Source: Botryllus schlosseri (Eukaryota). From it: a stretch of 64,000 nucleotides of DNA. The DNA lies in contig CM119375.1 in NCBI GenBank assembly GCA_051294905.1, forward strand, positions 1,240,001 to 1,304,000, written 5' to 3'. Of this stretch, positions 15,617 to 27,600 are shown one piece after another (position 1 is the first letter of the stretch; every line of letters begins with the position of its first letter). A program made the translations under genes and the position numbers. The notes beneath the pieces were generated by a model. The model saw only the letters and a list, made by a program, of their open reading frames with translations. It made no database searches and had not been told where the DNA came from.

Positions 15617-18600
15617 TCACGTATCTGCGTTATCGGCGACGGCACGGAGTTGTTTCGCGTCCGGAGATTTCTCGATCTCGTTGTCTTCCTGAATGGACAT
15701 CATCGGGCGAGTTGGCGTTCGACTTCTGCTGTTGTACCTGCGAAAATGTCGCTTATTAGGAGCAGACTCGGGCTGGATAATTCTATTTGGGTATTTAGAC
15801 TAATTAGAGAGAAATGGGAGTAATATACCTCTATCTAGTTGGTGAAATGCTTCTATGACATTTGCTATACACATGATGAATAAAATGAACTATGATATTT
15901 GTTGCATTACTTTCTATTTCCGTGGTATTACCAATTCAGTCATAGTAGCCTAATTGTAGTCAAATTTGGAAAAGTAGTTCTGCCTAGAAAGCTGTGGAAG
16001 TAGAACTGAAAGAGGCCTAAAACTTGAAGAATTAGTAAGTAGTTCAAACGGGCAAAAGCTAGTTGAGTAATCCGGAAAACTGGGAGCCGACTTACTTGCT
16101 ACTGGTGGATTGAGGGGGGTGTCTCTTTCCGTGAACGGACAGAGTCGCGTATTTCGGGTCTGCCCCGTTCGCGCTTCGTCTGTTTGTCCTGCCTATGCGC
16201 GACGTGGTGGCCGAACCGGAGGTGATGGCGGACCGGATCTCGTTGAGCGACAAATCCGGCAGTGGAGACGCTAGATAAGAGAGAAATAGATCGAAATCTC
16301 GCGCTTTTCACGAATCAATTTGTATTACGGTAGTATTACATGACCGAAACGCCGTAAATCTACAAGCACAAGTAGAATTAAGGTGTTCCGAGACTTATCA
16401 ATAGTAAGTTCAAGTAAGTTCAATGTCCGAAAAAAATCTTCAGGTAAGGTCCCACAGGGAGTGATGTCAAATCATACCATATCTATTTTCAATCTACCAA
16501 ATTATAGAACATAAGTAGCTTGGCCTACAAGGTTTTCCATGTAGAAGTGAAAGAGGTGTAAAACAACCACTTGAGTATGGATTACAAGTGGGCAAAACAA
16601 ACCTTCAGCATCGTCTCCGTCCGATTTCCCGTTCTTTGAAGGCGCGCTGACTGTATTCGGCCGCAGCCTAGACAAAGCCGACGTCGCGGGCTTGTTGCGG
16701 CTCAGCTTTTCCGCGGCGGACATTTGCGAGCTGGCGGTTCCTCTGTGTAAAGGCAACACGAATTGGGCGACATTAGAACTTGATATCGCTAAGAGCTTTG
16801 CCACCGACGCATCAGTTGCGACCGTCAGTGAAACTTGTGCAAACGACCAATATAGTTAGTCGTCAGTCAACTAACGACCTTTTTTGGGCAGCTCTAATTG
16901 TAGTGACCAGTTCTAGTTTTAGTTGTTGTTGCTAATCTCGAATAGTGATTAGTTTTTGTTCCAGTTCTAGTGGCGGCTATTGAAAAGTGAGTAGTTCTAG
17001 TACTATTCCTAGTTGCGGGCTTCGACAGGTTGAGTAGTTCTACGTCCAGTTCAGGCTTTAAATCGTGAGTAGTTCTAGTTCCAGTTGCGGATTTTGAAAA
17101 GTGAGTAGTTCTAGTTCTAGTTGTGGGCTTAGAAAGGTCGAGTAGTTCTAGTTGTGAATTTTGAAAAGTGAGTAGTATAGTTCTAATTCTATTTCTTGTT
17201 GAGAACATCGGAAAGTGAGTATAGTTGTAGTTGCGGATTTTGCAGTAACTAAAGATTGTTGATATACAACGTTCTTTCCAATTCTCTACTAGTTGCTGAC
17301 GATTACCCCTGACGAGTGTCAGCCGAAAATATTCGGGTTCATGTCGATATGAATATACTATTTAAAGAACTAGTTTCGGTACAGTTCCGGATTTAAAAAA
17401 TCCGGTAGTGTAGTTTTAGTTCTAGTTCCGGCTTAAAAAGTGAGTAGTTCTAGTTCTAGTTGAGGATTTTGAAAAGTGAGTACTGCAAGTTCTAGTTGCA
17501 GCTTTAAAAAAGTTTGAAGTTTTAATTGCGATTTCGGCAAATCTAGTAGTTTGTAAAATTCTGACGTCAGTTGCGGGCAGTGCAAAGTAAATGTAAATAC
17601 AAATGCAACGTTAATATACATAAACGTAAAGTTACCGTGAACGTAAATGTATCGGAAACAATCCAGCGCGATCGCTGAAGAAAAATCGCATACCTGCACG
17701 CGTTCTGCAGCAGGAGCGCTTTGAAATCATCGCGCGACGTGGATCCGGTGCTCTTGCGCGATATCGCGTTACGGTGGCCGTTGCTAGACAGCCTGCAGAT
17801 ACATGCCGCGAATGAAACTCAAGTTTGAGAGCGCGATAGAGATAAAATCGCGAAATCAGCTAACGTGACTGTTGCGGACTATTCATTAAAATTGTGTTGC
17901 CATCCTGCACTCATGTTGATTCGATAAAAATCACCTTACGAGATTTTGCTAAGATCCGATTCGAAATTTGAAGTATATTGAACCCGTACTAAGTCCAGAT
18001 GCGGCCTACCTTCCGTTCCGTTTTCGTTCGATAGTGGAAACCGGGCTTGAGGCGCCGTTCGTATGATACGTGAAGACTTCCCCGTTCACGCCAGGCGACA
18101 CGGGAGGCGACGGTTTTCCGTTCAGTGATTCTCGCTTTGATCTAAGACGTAAATATTGCTAAGTTCCTGCATTTACGTAAAATCGTTCAACTTTCACATG
18201 TACAGGACTAGTAATTAGCGCCAATCACGACTTCGCCGTGTGCCTTGCTTTGTATTTATACACTGCGTTTTGTCATCTACGCTATCTTGTTTGTATTATA
18301 GTAATTCGCTGTTGAAGATGGAATACATTGCGTTATTATTAGAAGTTCTTCGTATATGTTTACTGTTCTTCCAAGACATATAACGTAACAAATACATTTG
18401 TCGGGGTAAAAACTCGGGTACTCTCGAGTACTTTCAAAAGGTACGTTGTTTTATAAGAGATCGAAAAAGTACCAATGAAATTACAAAAGAAGCAATCCTC
18501 GAAAACAGATCCCGTCACCGCGACAAGGGAGCTACGTTCACGCGGTTGTTATGACAAATTCAGGCACAAAATTGACGAAAACCGCTTTCTATTCTACTGA

Positions 18601-21600
18601 ATGAAGGTGCAAAATTACGCAGTTTTGCCCGACAGTGACGCAAACTGCTTTCTACTTTTCAACAGCGTTCGCTCCCGATGAGAGTCGGTTGAATATCTTC
18701 TAGTTGAAATAAATTTGGCGATATTAACATATTGTTTGTCGCAATGTTGAACTACTGCACTTCTAAGGGTCTATTTAAAATCAAAATCGTAAATAGCGAG
18801 TTCTTTCGCCTTATACACTGTTCAAGGAAACTACTTACCTATAAATGGCCGTCATCAGATCATCGTACTTAGAGTGGTTCGAAGGAGACTTGGTGTTAAA
18901 CGCTGGTTTGGCCGAAACAGGCGGACCCGTTTCTTTACGTACAGAAGGCGACAACGTCTCAAGCTCCTCCATCCAAGGACTAGACTCCTCAGTCTTATTA
19001 TCGTCAGAATCATCAGAACAGCTCGCAGGTTGAATCGGAGAATGGCTAACTTTGTCTTCAGAAGACTTCGCATCTGGCGTATCATTCACAGTTGGCTCCG
19101 AAACTTTTTCCGCTTGTTGATCAGCGACTGAAGCCGGAGTTGATATCAGAGATACCTTTTCCGGTTTGTCAGGCTGTATTGTTTGCGATTTGGACGCAAA
19201 AAACGCAGCCCTCGCCAAGGAAGCTCTGTAAGACGGTGACTGTTCTCTCGACCTCTTGCTCGCGAAATCACCGCCGATCTTCGGTTTTTGACTGATAGGC
19301 GGCGGAGACTTGTTTTTCACAGAGAATCCTTTAGGAGCTATAGGAGGTGGCGACTTAGCGGGGGTAGAAATTGGGGTTTTGACGACACCCTTATCGGCAG
19401 AGGATGAAGTCTGAAGGTCCTTCGAAATTGCAGTCTTGAGGGAACTTTTCGTCGTTGACTGGTTAGGCTCGGGCGATCGCGACGGCGTAACAGACGATTT
19501 TGATTCCGGGGAAACAGGACACTCTGAATTCGATTTCGATTTCAATTTCGATTTTTGTTGAGACAGGAGCTCTTTGCTGAAAACCGCGTTCGATGCAGAT
19601 TCTGTTTTCGCAGTGATTTCTTTTGCGTCCTGCGAATCTTTCCAATTCTTCAATTTCTGCTGTGACGGAAGTTCTTTGCCGAAAACTGGAGATTTCGGAA
19701 ATTCGGGTTCTGTTTTAGCAGCAATTTCTGCATTTTGCTCGCTAGAATCCGTCTTAGAATCTTTAGAATCCTCCTGTGAATCTTTCCTCTTCTTCTGAGA
19801 CATCCTGTTTCCCAGCAAGGCCGCCTGCATTGCTATAGACTGCATCGGCGAGTTCACCTCAGCCAGTGGACTTTTCGTTGGGGTGACTAAAGGCCTGTCT
19901 TCATCAATAGGGGTCAATAACTCGGGAGGGGGTGGGGGTAACTGGTCCATAGGGGGCGGGGGCGGCGGGGTGCTTTGATAGAAATCATTCAGAGGCGCGG
20001 GTTTCAAGCTTTTAGGCGTTGTTGGGACTATCGGAGATATTGCTTTTCTGGAAAGCGGTGCTGTCGCGGGAGGAACTGGAAATCCGTTTGACATGTTTAC
20101 TAGAGGAGAAACAGATTTCCGAGACGGCGACGGGGTGGCGGCGGGGGTAGCGTTAGGCGTTTTAGGAGGTGGGGTCGTCCTGTAATAATCCTCAACCTTC
20201 ATATCAGGCTTTAACCTTGGACTGTTCAAGTTGGTATATTGAGAAATAGTCTCAGAACGCATTGAGAGAGAGGGCGAAGGACATCCACTGCTAGATAGAC
20301 TTGATTGACGTTTAGGGGGCGGTGGTGGCGCCCCGCGTTTACCCTTTTTCGATTTCCGATTATCAGGCGTACGCACCGATAATCTCCGGTTCAATTCCGA
20401 TTGAAAATCGGCCGAAGCTGCACTGTTCACTTTAACGGACGCGGATTGACGGGTCATCAGCAGAGATTGTGGCGTGGTATGATTGCTTTTGATAGCTCTG
20501 TGATACGAATCGTACATTCCGTTTTGATTCTTTGCTTCTGGAGACTCGGAAGGAGGCGTAGTTTGCATACGAGCCTGCTCGCTATGCGTTGGTGATGTAT
20601 TATCGTCTTGATCTCCTGAAAAAGTAGACCCTCCCAAGCTAATGGTATCATCAGCGGTTTTCCCGGCGGAGTACACAGAAGCACCGTCGACCTCTGTGTG
20701 CCTAGGCGACGAATCTGGTACACTATGCAACGAAACTGTATCGTCCGCACCCAGCCGTTTCTTGCTTTTCCCTTTCCTAGTAGACCTGCGGTTTTTCAAG
20801 ATCTTCGTTTCCAGATTTTCGGTCTCCAACGGGTCGCATTCGTAGTTCATGAAGTTATACACGCCGGAAGTTCCGTTCGAGCGTGATTTTCGAGTCATCT
20901 TGACCATGGACGCGGCGCTTATGGCCCGCCCGCTGTCTAGGGACGCGTCGCTGGCTTGGTGCGATCTGTTGATCGTAACGCTCACGACTGACGAGGCGGG
21001 GCTGTCCAAGCGTTCTGTGGTAGGGCAAGACAAAGTAGGGGTTAATTCAGGGTCGATACTTGTGCACAAGTAAAAAAGTATAACGGCGTGCGTTAAGTTC
21101 CACTTGCTTACAAGCCAATGTTGGGAGCAAGTTTGCAAATTTGGACTCGAATCGAGACAAGTCACTCGGTTTTGGCGTTGTATTGAGTCTAGTAGTGAAG
21201 TCACGAGTCAAATCGACTTTTGGAAGCACGGGGCATGATTCAAAGCCATTGCATTTTGCTAGCTGTTCAGACACAGATGGTGTCGTCATTTCTTCTGCAT
21301 GGAGTAACGAATATAGAGTTAAATATACACGCAAGAATGGCGTGTCCCTCGCACATGTACGTTGAACCGCTAAACTACGGTCTATAATTATCAAACAAAT
21401 TAAGGGATAGAAATTTCGGAAAGTTGAAATAAATTGATATGATGCAATACATTACCCACCTACACAACTATGATATTCAATTTAAGCGTGCTCCAATTGT
21501 TGGCAAGTAATATAAAGATGCAAGCTACATTTATATCCATAGGTTAAGGTGAGCACTGAGCACTGATCACTGTGAGTAATATATACAACTCAGAGATACA

Positions 21601-24600
21601 TTGCTATTAATTACTTCACTATTAGTTTACAACGCGAGCTGTAAGCTCTGATCACGCCGTTTGCGGTCATCGTACTGCGGATATAACGATGGGGGCTCAG
21701 TAAAGCGAAAAGTCGTTGAATGACTGATTGCTCTCACAGGTTGCACCAGCTTATTGCCAACAGCGATTTAGTGACACATATTACTTGAAGACTTGACAAT
21801 GACTCGTAAATATCGAGTCGCGAGTTAATCCACAATCCACATTTTTGAAACACCGAGTCAAATCATACGAAAAAGGATGACTCGAGTCATCCCAACACCG
21901 TTACAAGCAAGGACTAGCAATTTCCAAGATATGGTTCGAAAGTCGCGGGAAAGCGAGAACTCACCGTCGCTGTCTCGGCATAGCGACGAGGTAGACGTTC
22001 CCAAATCCAAGTGGCTGAGTTTGCTGTTGATGGAAACGGTGGAAGACGAAACCGCGGAGCTCATCACAAGCGGCTTGCTGTTCACGATCGGACTGACTTG
22101 CCCGGCTGAGTTGGCAAACTTGGCCGAGAGACGGTCGTTTCGCAATGCCTAAAATCGAAACATAGCACTTGATATATCCAGCAAAATGTCTGGGTTTGAA
22201 GGCATGCAAGCAGCCAGAGCTGGATGTAGTGAGGAATTTGGAACATAATCTACGATTAATATACTCCTTTCAATAGCCTGAGGTGGACCGTAATGAAGTA
22301 CTACTTTTTCCAAGTACTAAATTACGACTTGCCTAGCTACTTGCACTATTTACTCAAGTAGTTAGGTTACTTGACTACTTCCACTTCTGTTTAACAGTTT
22401 TTCAGGCAGACTACGCACTTTCTATACTTTGGAATCAACTAGAAAGTAGTTCTAGGTTTGGAACATCACGTTGGTTTTAGCAGAGTTTCTATAACAACTC
22501 CACGAAATAGCCCAGAATACTCCTATAGGTTTAGATTACTTCAGCTTCTACTTCAGTTTTTCAGACAAAATCTTACTTTTTGCATTTAGGGTTCGATTTC
22601 CAGAAGTTCAACGCACTTTTACGAGTGAAATCACCTCAAAATCCGTGCGAGAGTTACCAAATGTTTCGCGATTCGTGAAATGTGACTAATAGTGACGCTA
22701 CAAATTGGTGTAATTTCCGTGATACAGGCGCTATGTTTTCAGAAATTGCGCCGATTTGTAGCGTAGTCAGTCATTTTGCACGAATCGCAAAGAATGAGCT
22801 TGCAATACTTTTTCAAACTACTTACTGGAGAAGCTTATCGATCTTACATGTCTGCGTGAACTTGTTTTATCATGTCTCTGAAACTTGTATTCCAGTACAA
22901 ATATACTAAACTACTTCTACTTCTACTTCTAATAAAGAACCAACTACTTTGACCACTTCAGTATCCAACTCTCTCGTCACAGTGGAATCGGAGTAGATTA
23001 CGTCATTTTTAACATCTTGCGACAATCAAGTCTTTGCAAGATTTTCATCGACTTTCCACCATGATCGTGTTTGTCACGTTACGCCAAAACATGAACATGG
23101 CTGAGATACGGCCGAAAGTTGATGAAAATCCGACAAAAACTTGATTTCACCAAGATGGTAAAACTGGACGTAAGTTACTCTGTTTACGCTCCAACGAGAT
23201 GCGTTCGAATGTAACAAAATCAATCCCAACCTGTTGAAGCGCGTTTACAACTGGAGCGTGCTGCATCGTGATGTCAGAACTGGACGAATGCTGTATGCTC
23301 TCCGTCCCGCTCCAACAACCAGACGAGGCCCTGTCTTCTCCCTGACGAAAAGGCATATGTCCGTTACCGACACTTCTCACGCAATGAATGCTCGTACGCT
23401 TTAAGAAACGATTTGATTTCACAGACTAATGACGCATTCTCTATGATTCATTGCATACCACTGATTAAACTAACCTATTTTTTAACATCCTTTTAGACAC
23501 ACACACAAGTAATTGAATGAATTCGAACACATGCCGCTTCACTACAAGCACACAGCACATAATAAATATCATTTTTATTATGGCAATGCAATAGAATGTA
23601 AAATTGAGTGAATTAACCTATTTTTAGCCAACTTTTACACACACAGAGACAGTAATTGAATGAATTTGAACACATGCTGCTTTGGTACAGGCACACAACA
23701 CATAATATCCAATCAAATTTTGAGACAAGATCTTTGATACACAATTTAAATTCTCCACTAGTTGCTGACGATTATCCCTGTCGAGTGTCAGCCGAAAATA
23801 TTCAACGACAAAGCAACGCAACGCAAAATTATGATACATACATCATCATTGCTAATGTGAATATGCTGCGAATACATTGACAATCCTAACCTGATGTAAT
23901 CTGCCACCGTTGAGACGCATGGCGATATCATCTGTTGGCTGATCGCCTGTACCATCGTCAATCGTCTTTGAAGATTTTTTCAGCTGTGGGCTGGCGACAA
24001 GCTAAAACAGTTTCAAATCAAGTTTGAAATGAAGACTAGGATATGATAGTTAGAGCCAGAGATGCGATCATTAGTCTGTCAAAGCAGGGCTAGTTTTTTC
24101 TTTAAAAACTAGAACTTTTGGTGGAATTGAAATTATTCTAATATCGTAAGCACAAGTGATGGAAATAGCTTAACCTATCAAGTTACTCCGAAAAAGTAGG
24201 CTAGCTCGACTAGAAAACCGCACTCTTAGTGGAATCAAATCACCACTGACCACCAACGGGTGAAAGATAGAAAAGGCAAAATACCTCATAACGCCCATTA
24301 CAACAAGCAGCATATCAATAGCATTGAAATAATGAACCAATTATAGCAAAAAGCTATGGAATAGTAGAGAAACCGACAAAGCTGCTTTGTTACCTCTTGT
24401 GGAGTTCCAGTCCGCACAGGTGTGGGTGGGCTGCTTTCTCCCGTGTGCCTGCCTTCGTCCGTGGACGTGTCCGTGTTCTTCACGTCCAGACTGGAAGGTC
24501 GAATGAGTTGTTCGCTGTCCTGAAACGGATTGAGAATACTTTGCCGCCGGCAAATCAATGTTTGACGATACCCTCTTTGTGCAGAGCTTGACCACTAGGA

Positions 24601-27600
24601 GATGTCCCGCTTTTCCAAATTACATTAGAATTAGAGTGATGGCAGTTTTTTCTAAACTAGATTATCATTAGAGCTATGGAAATTGAATTGAATTCTTAAC
24701 TAGAGAAGAAATAACAACAAAAATCCATATAAGTTTGTATCAAATGAGTGTTGTTACTCATAAGCACGAGGATGGCAAATGTCTATACACCAAGCTTGGC
24801 TAGTTTCCCACTATACAGTTTTTTTTTGCATTTTCAGGAAAACTGTATATTCGATTAGACTTGAAATGGGAGTGCAGCAGCATTTCACAAATTAGGGCCA
24901 GAATCAGAAAACTATACTTATTTAGCTCCCGAAAATATTCGGGTTTCATTCAATGCGAATATACTCACGAAAGCCCCGTTGATGGGAGTTGAAGTTTGTT
25001 TCATCATCGAATTAGTTTGACAGGATACTGCAGTTGGAGACGTCAAATATTTCGTAGATCCTCGTGAACTTGTGGGACTCTGTAATGTGATGTGAGACTT
25101 GTGTTAATAAGTCGGGATCAGGAACATGATTTGAATTTTCAACTATGTAATCCGCTATCTGTGATACCGACACGGGAATTGATATCACCCGGCTCCAAAG
25201 GCGCACAATGAACACTACAATGTGTCTTGAAGAAACAGCAGCTGAAATAACGAACCGTTTTACTGCTATTGAAGATTTTCTGTCGCATTCTCTTCTGAGA
25301 GGGGGTGATGGGAATCACTTTGACATCGTCAGTCTGGATTTCGACGCTACGAAGGCTGACTTGTCTCGGAGACGCCGCGGATGAATCTGGGTGGAAACGC
25401 GCATTTAATCAATTACCCATTCAACTCACGACCGTCATGCGGTGACGCAAACGTGACATTACTCGCATTTGTCTACAGCAGTGGTTCTCAACCAGCGTGC
25501 CGCGGTGCACTAATTTATGAGATGCTAACATTGGTATATGGTATTGTAGCTGTGGGTCGTGGTGAACCCACAGCATTGTTAAAAAATGCAATGAAATAGA
25601 CATCATCAACAAAAATACAAAGCTATCTTTTGCATAAGGTAGAACTGGCTTTACATTCTTTGTGCTCGCATAAAAGGTGCATATTTAACCTTTCAACATA
25701 TTTCATACCGTTATAACGATATAAGTACTATGCGTAATGGTAGTACCGCTACACAGCGCATTGATAACAGATAAAACTCGCAAACACGAGATCCTCACCG
25801 TGTCCTTTGAACGACCTGCCTTCCGAGTAATTGGTGGCTTGAGAGACGACGCTGTAAGGGCGGCTGGGCGTCTCGCCTGTTAACATAATGATTTCGTGTC
25901 TGTCATGCGTTGCGGGACACATTGCATTTCGCAAATAGTATTCCGCTATTCCACCTGGGAAGGCCAGTGTACAAGACCAGACGCAGAAGACATTGATCTC
26001 GGTTTAGCGTGAAACGGAATGTTGCGAAGACGGACGCGCGATAACCGCGTCGATAATAATAAGCCGCGACCGCGAAACACGGCACAGACTTACGAACGTG
26101 ATTTGCGCGACAGATCGCCATATATGGTCGTTAACAGCATCTCAGCTTATTCGAGATGTTGGGCAAAGTAGATATTCGAATTAAAATAATTATTTAATTT
26201 GCAAACTTTTGGAAATTGCATTAAATTCAAAATCAGCAAGAATACGATAATAATCAAGTTGTGTCCATATCAAACCAGAGTTCAATCTCATAAACACGAG
26301 AATGGCCAATGTCTGTAACGCAAGTCTGGCTCGCTTCGTACTATACACTTATCCTGCAGCATTTTCAGGAAAACCATAATTCTGATTAGAAATAAAACGA
26401 CAGCATAGAAACATTTTACGAAGTAGATAGACATGGAGAATTATCTAGTCAAATCAACAATTCTTGTGTATAGTGGGGCCCGTTGTCGCGTACCACCCAG
26501 TCCCAGGAAGCCACGACCCACTATACATCCCTGGGATATATCTCCCTAAAAATCGGTATGTTTGACTCATTGTAAAGGTGTAAGAGCTGACGCTATTGCG
26601 GAAATGTGATAAATACACCAATTTCCAACACATGAATTTACAGCGCACAGCTATAGAACGAGTTGAACCCAAGGCGTCGGATATGGGCGATTATCATTCA
26701 GTTCCAACGAAGGGCGGATATCATAAAGTTAGCTTATCAGGAAGAATGGTAATAGTCTTGATTAAATACTGTTGATCTTGGCCGCTTACTTCGATGGATC
26801 AAAAGTTTCACAGTCAACTCGGGATATAAAGCTCGCGCGGAACCTTATCCAACTTCATGCCGCCGCGAACAACAGACGATTAGCAGTCTCCCGGATTAGC
26901 TACCTTACGATCTCCGCCTTACGCGAGGCATAACGCGCGAGACACCAACCTAATTCGGAGGATATATTTCCAGGTAAGGCGATGAGCGTCCGGTGTTTAT
27001 GCCTCTGTTGTCTGCGCTGTGCCGCGTTGGCTCTTTGACGGACTCCGCTGGTCGACAAGCGTTGCGATCGTCGTAGGTTGGCCTGTCGGTCGAATTTCGC
27101 TCCGGACGTGTCTGGAAGTACACGAGATCAATGGCGGTAATACAGACATGAGAGTAGATCGTGTGGAACTGATTATGCCGATGAGCCACAGACAAAGATA
27201 TCTCGTTCACCGTATAATGACATACAGGTGTAGTTTTTGTTTGACAAGATGAAAATTTGGGATTCGCCAGGTCAATCAGTTTAAAGAACCGTTGGATTAG
27301 CTCAACATGGGCCGGCAAACTTATTCAGCACTGCGGAACGATTTCAATATGATATCTTGAGTAGGTAACGAATAAATTCGCCAACAGTCACGCACTTAAC
27401 GCACGTGACTTCGCGACTGTTTTCAATCTCGTACACCCGCAGGGCATCACGAAGTGATCACGATTAGGTTCAAGTGTAGAAACAGGATTTCATTAGCTTG
27501 CAGCGCAGCCAGCTCGGATCACGATTTTGAAATTGCTTTGAAAGTCAGAATTTACCACTGAAATATGTAAAAATGAAAGGGTTTTGGGTACTGAATTTTG

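Noticed and set aside
16980-17245. Regular short repeats as a CRISPR-like array
   Set aside because: Eukaryotic context; units are degenerate tandem repeats without unique spacers and recur as MITE subterminal repeats.
21015-21204. N-terminal extension of the 789-aa ORF, including an acceptor at 21059-21060
   Set aside because: That acceptor is phase 2 and does not match the phase-1 upstream donor; the 21015-21016 acceptor does.
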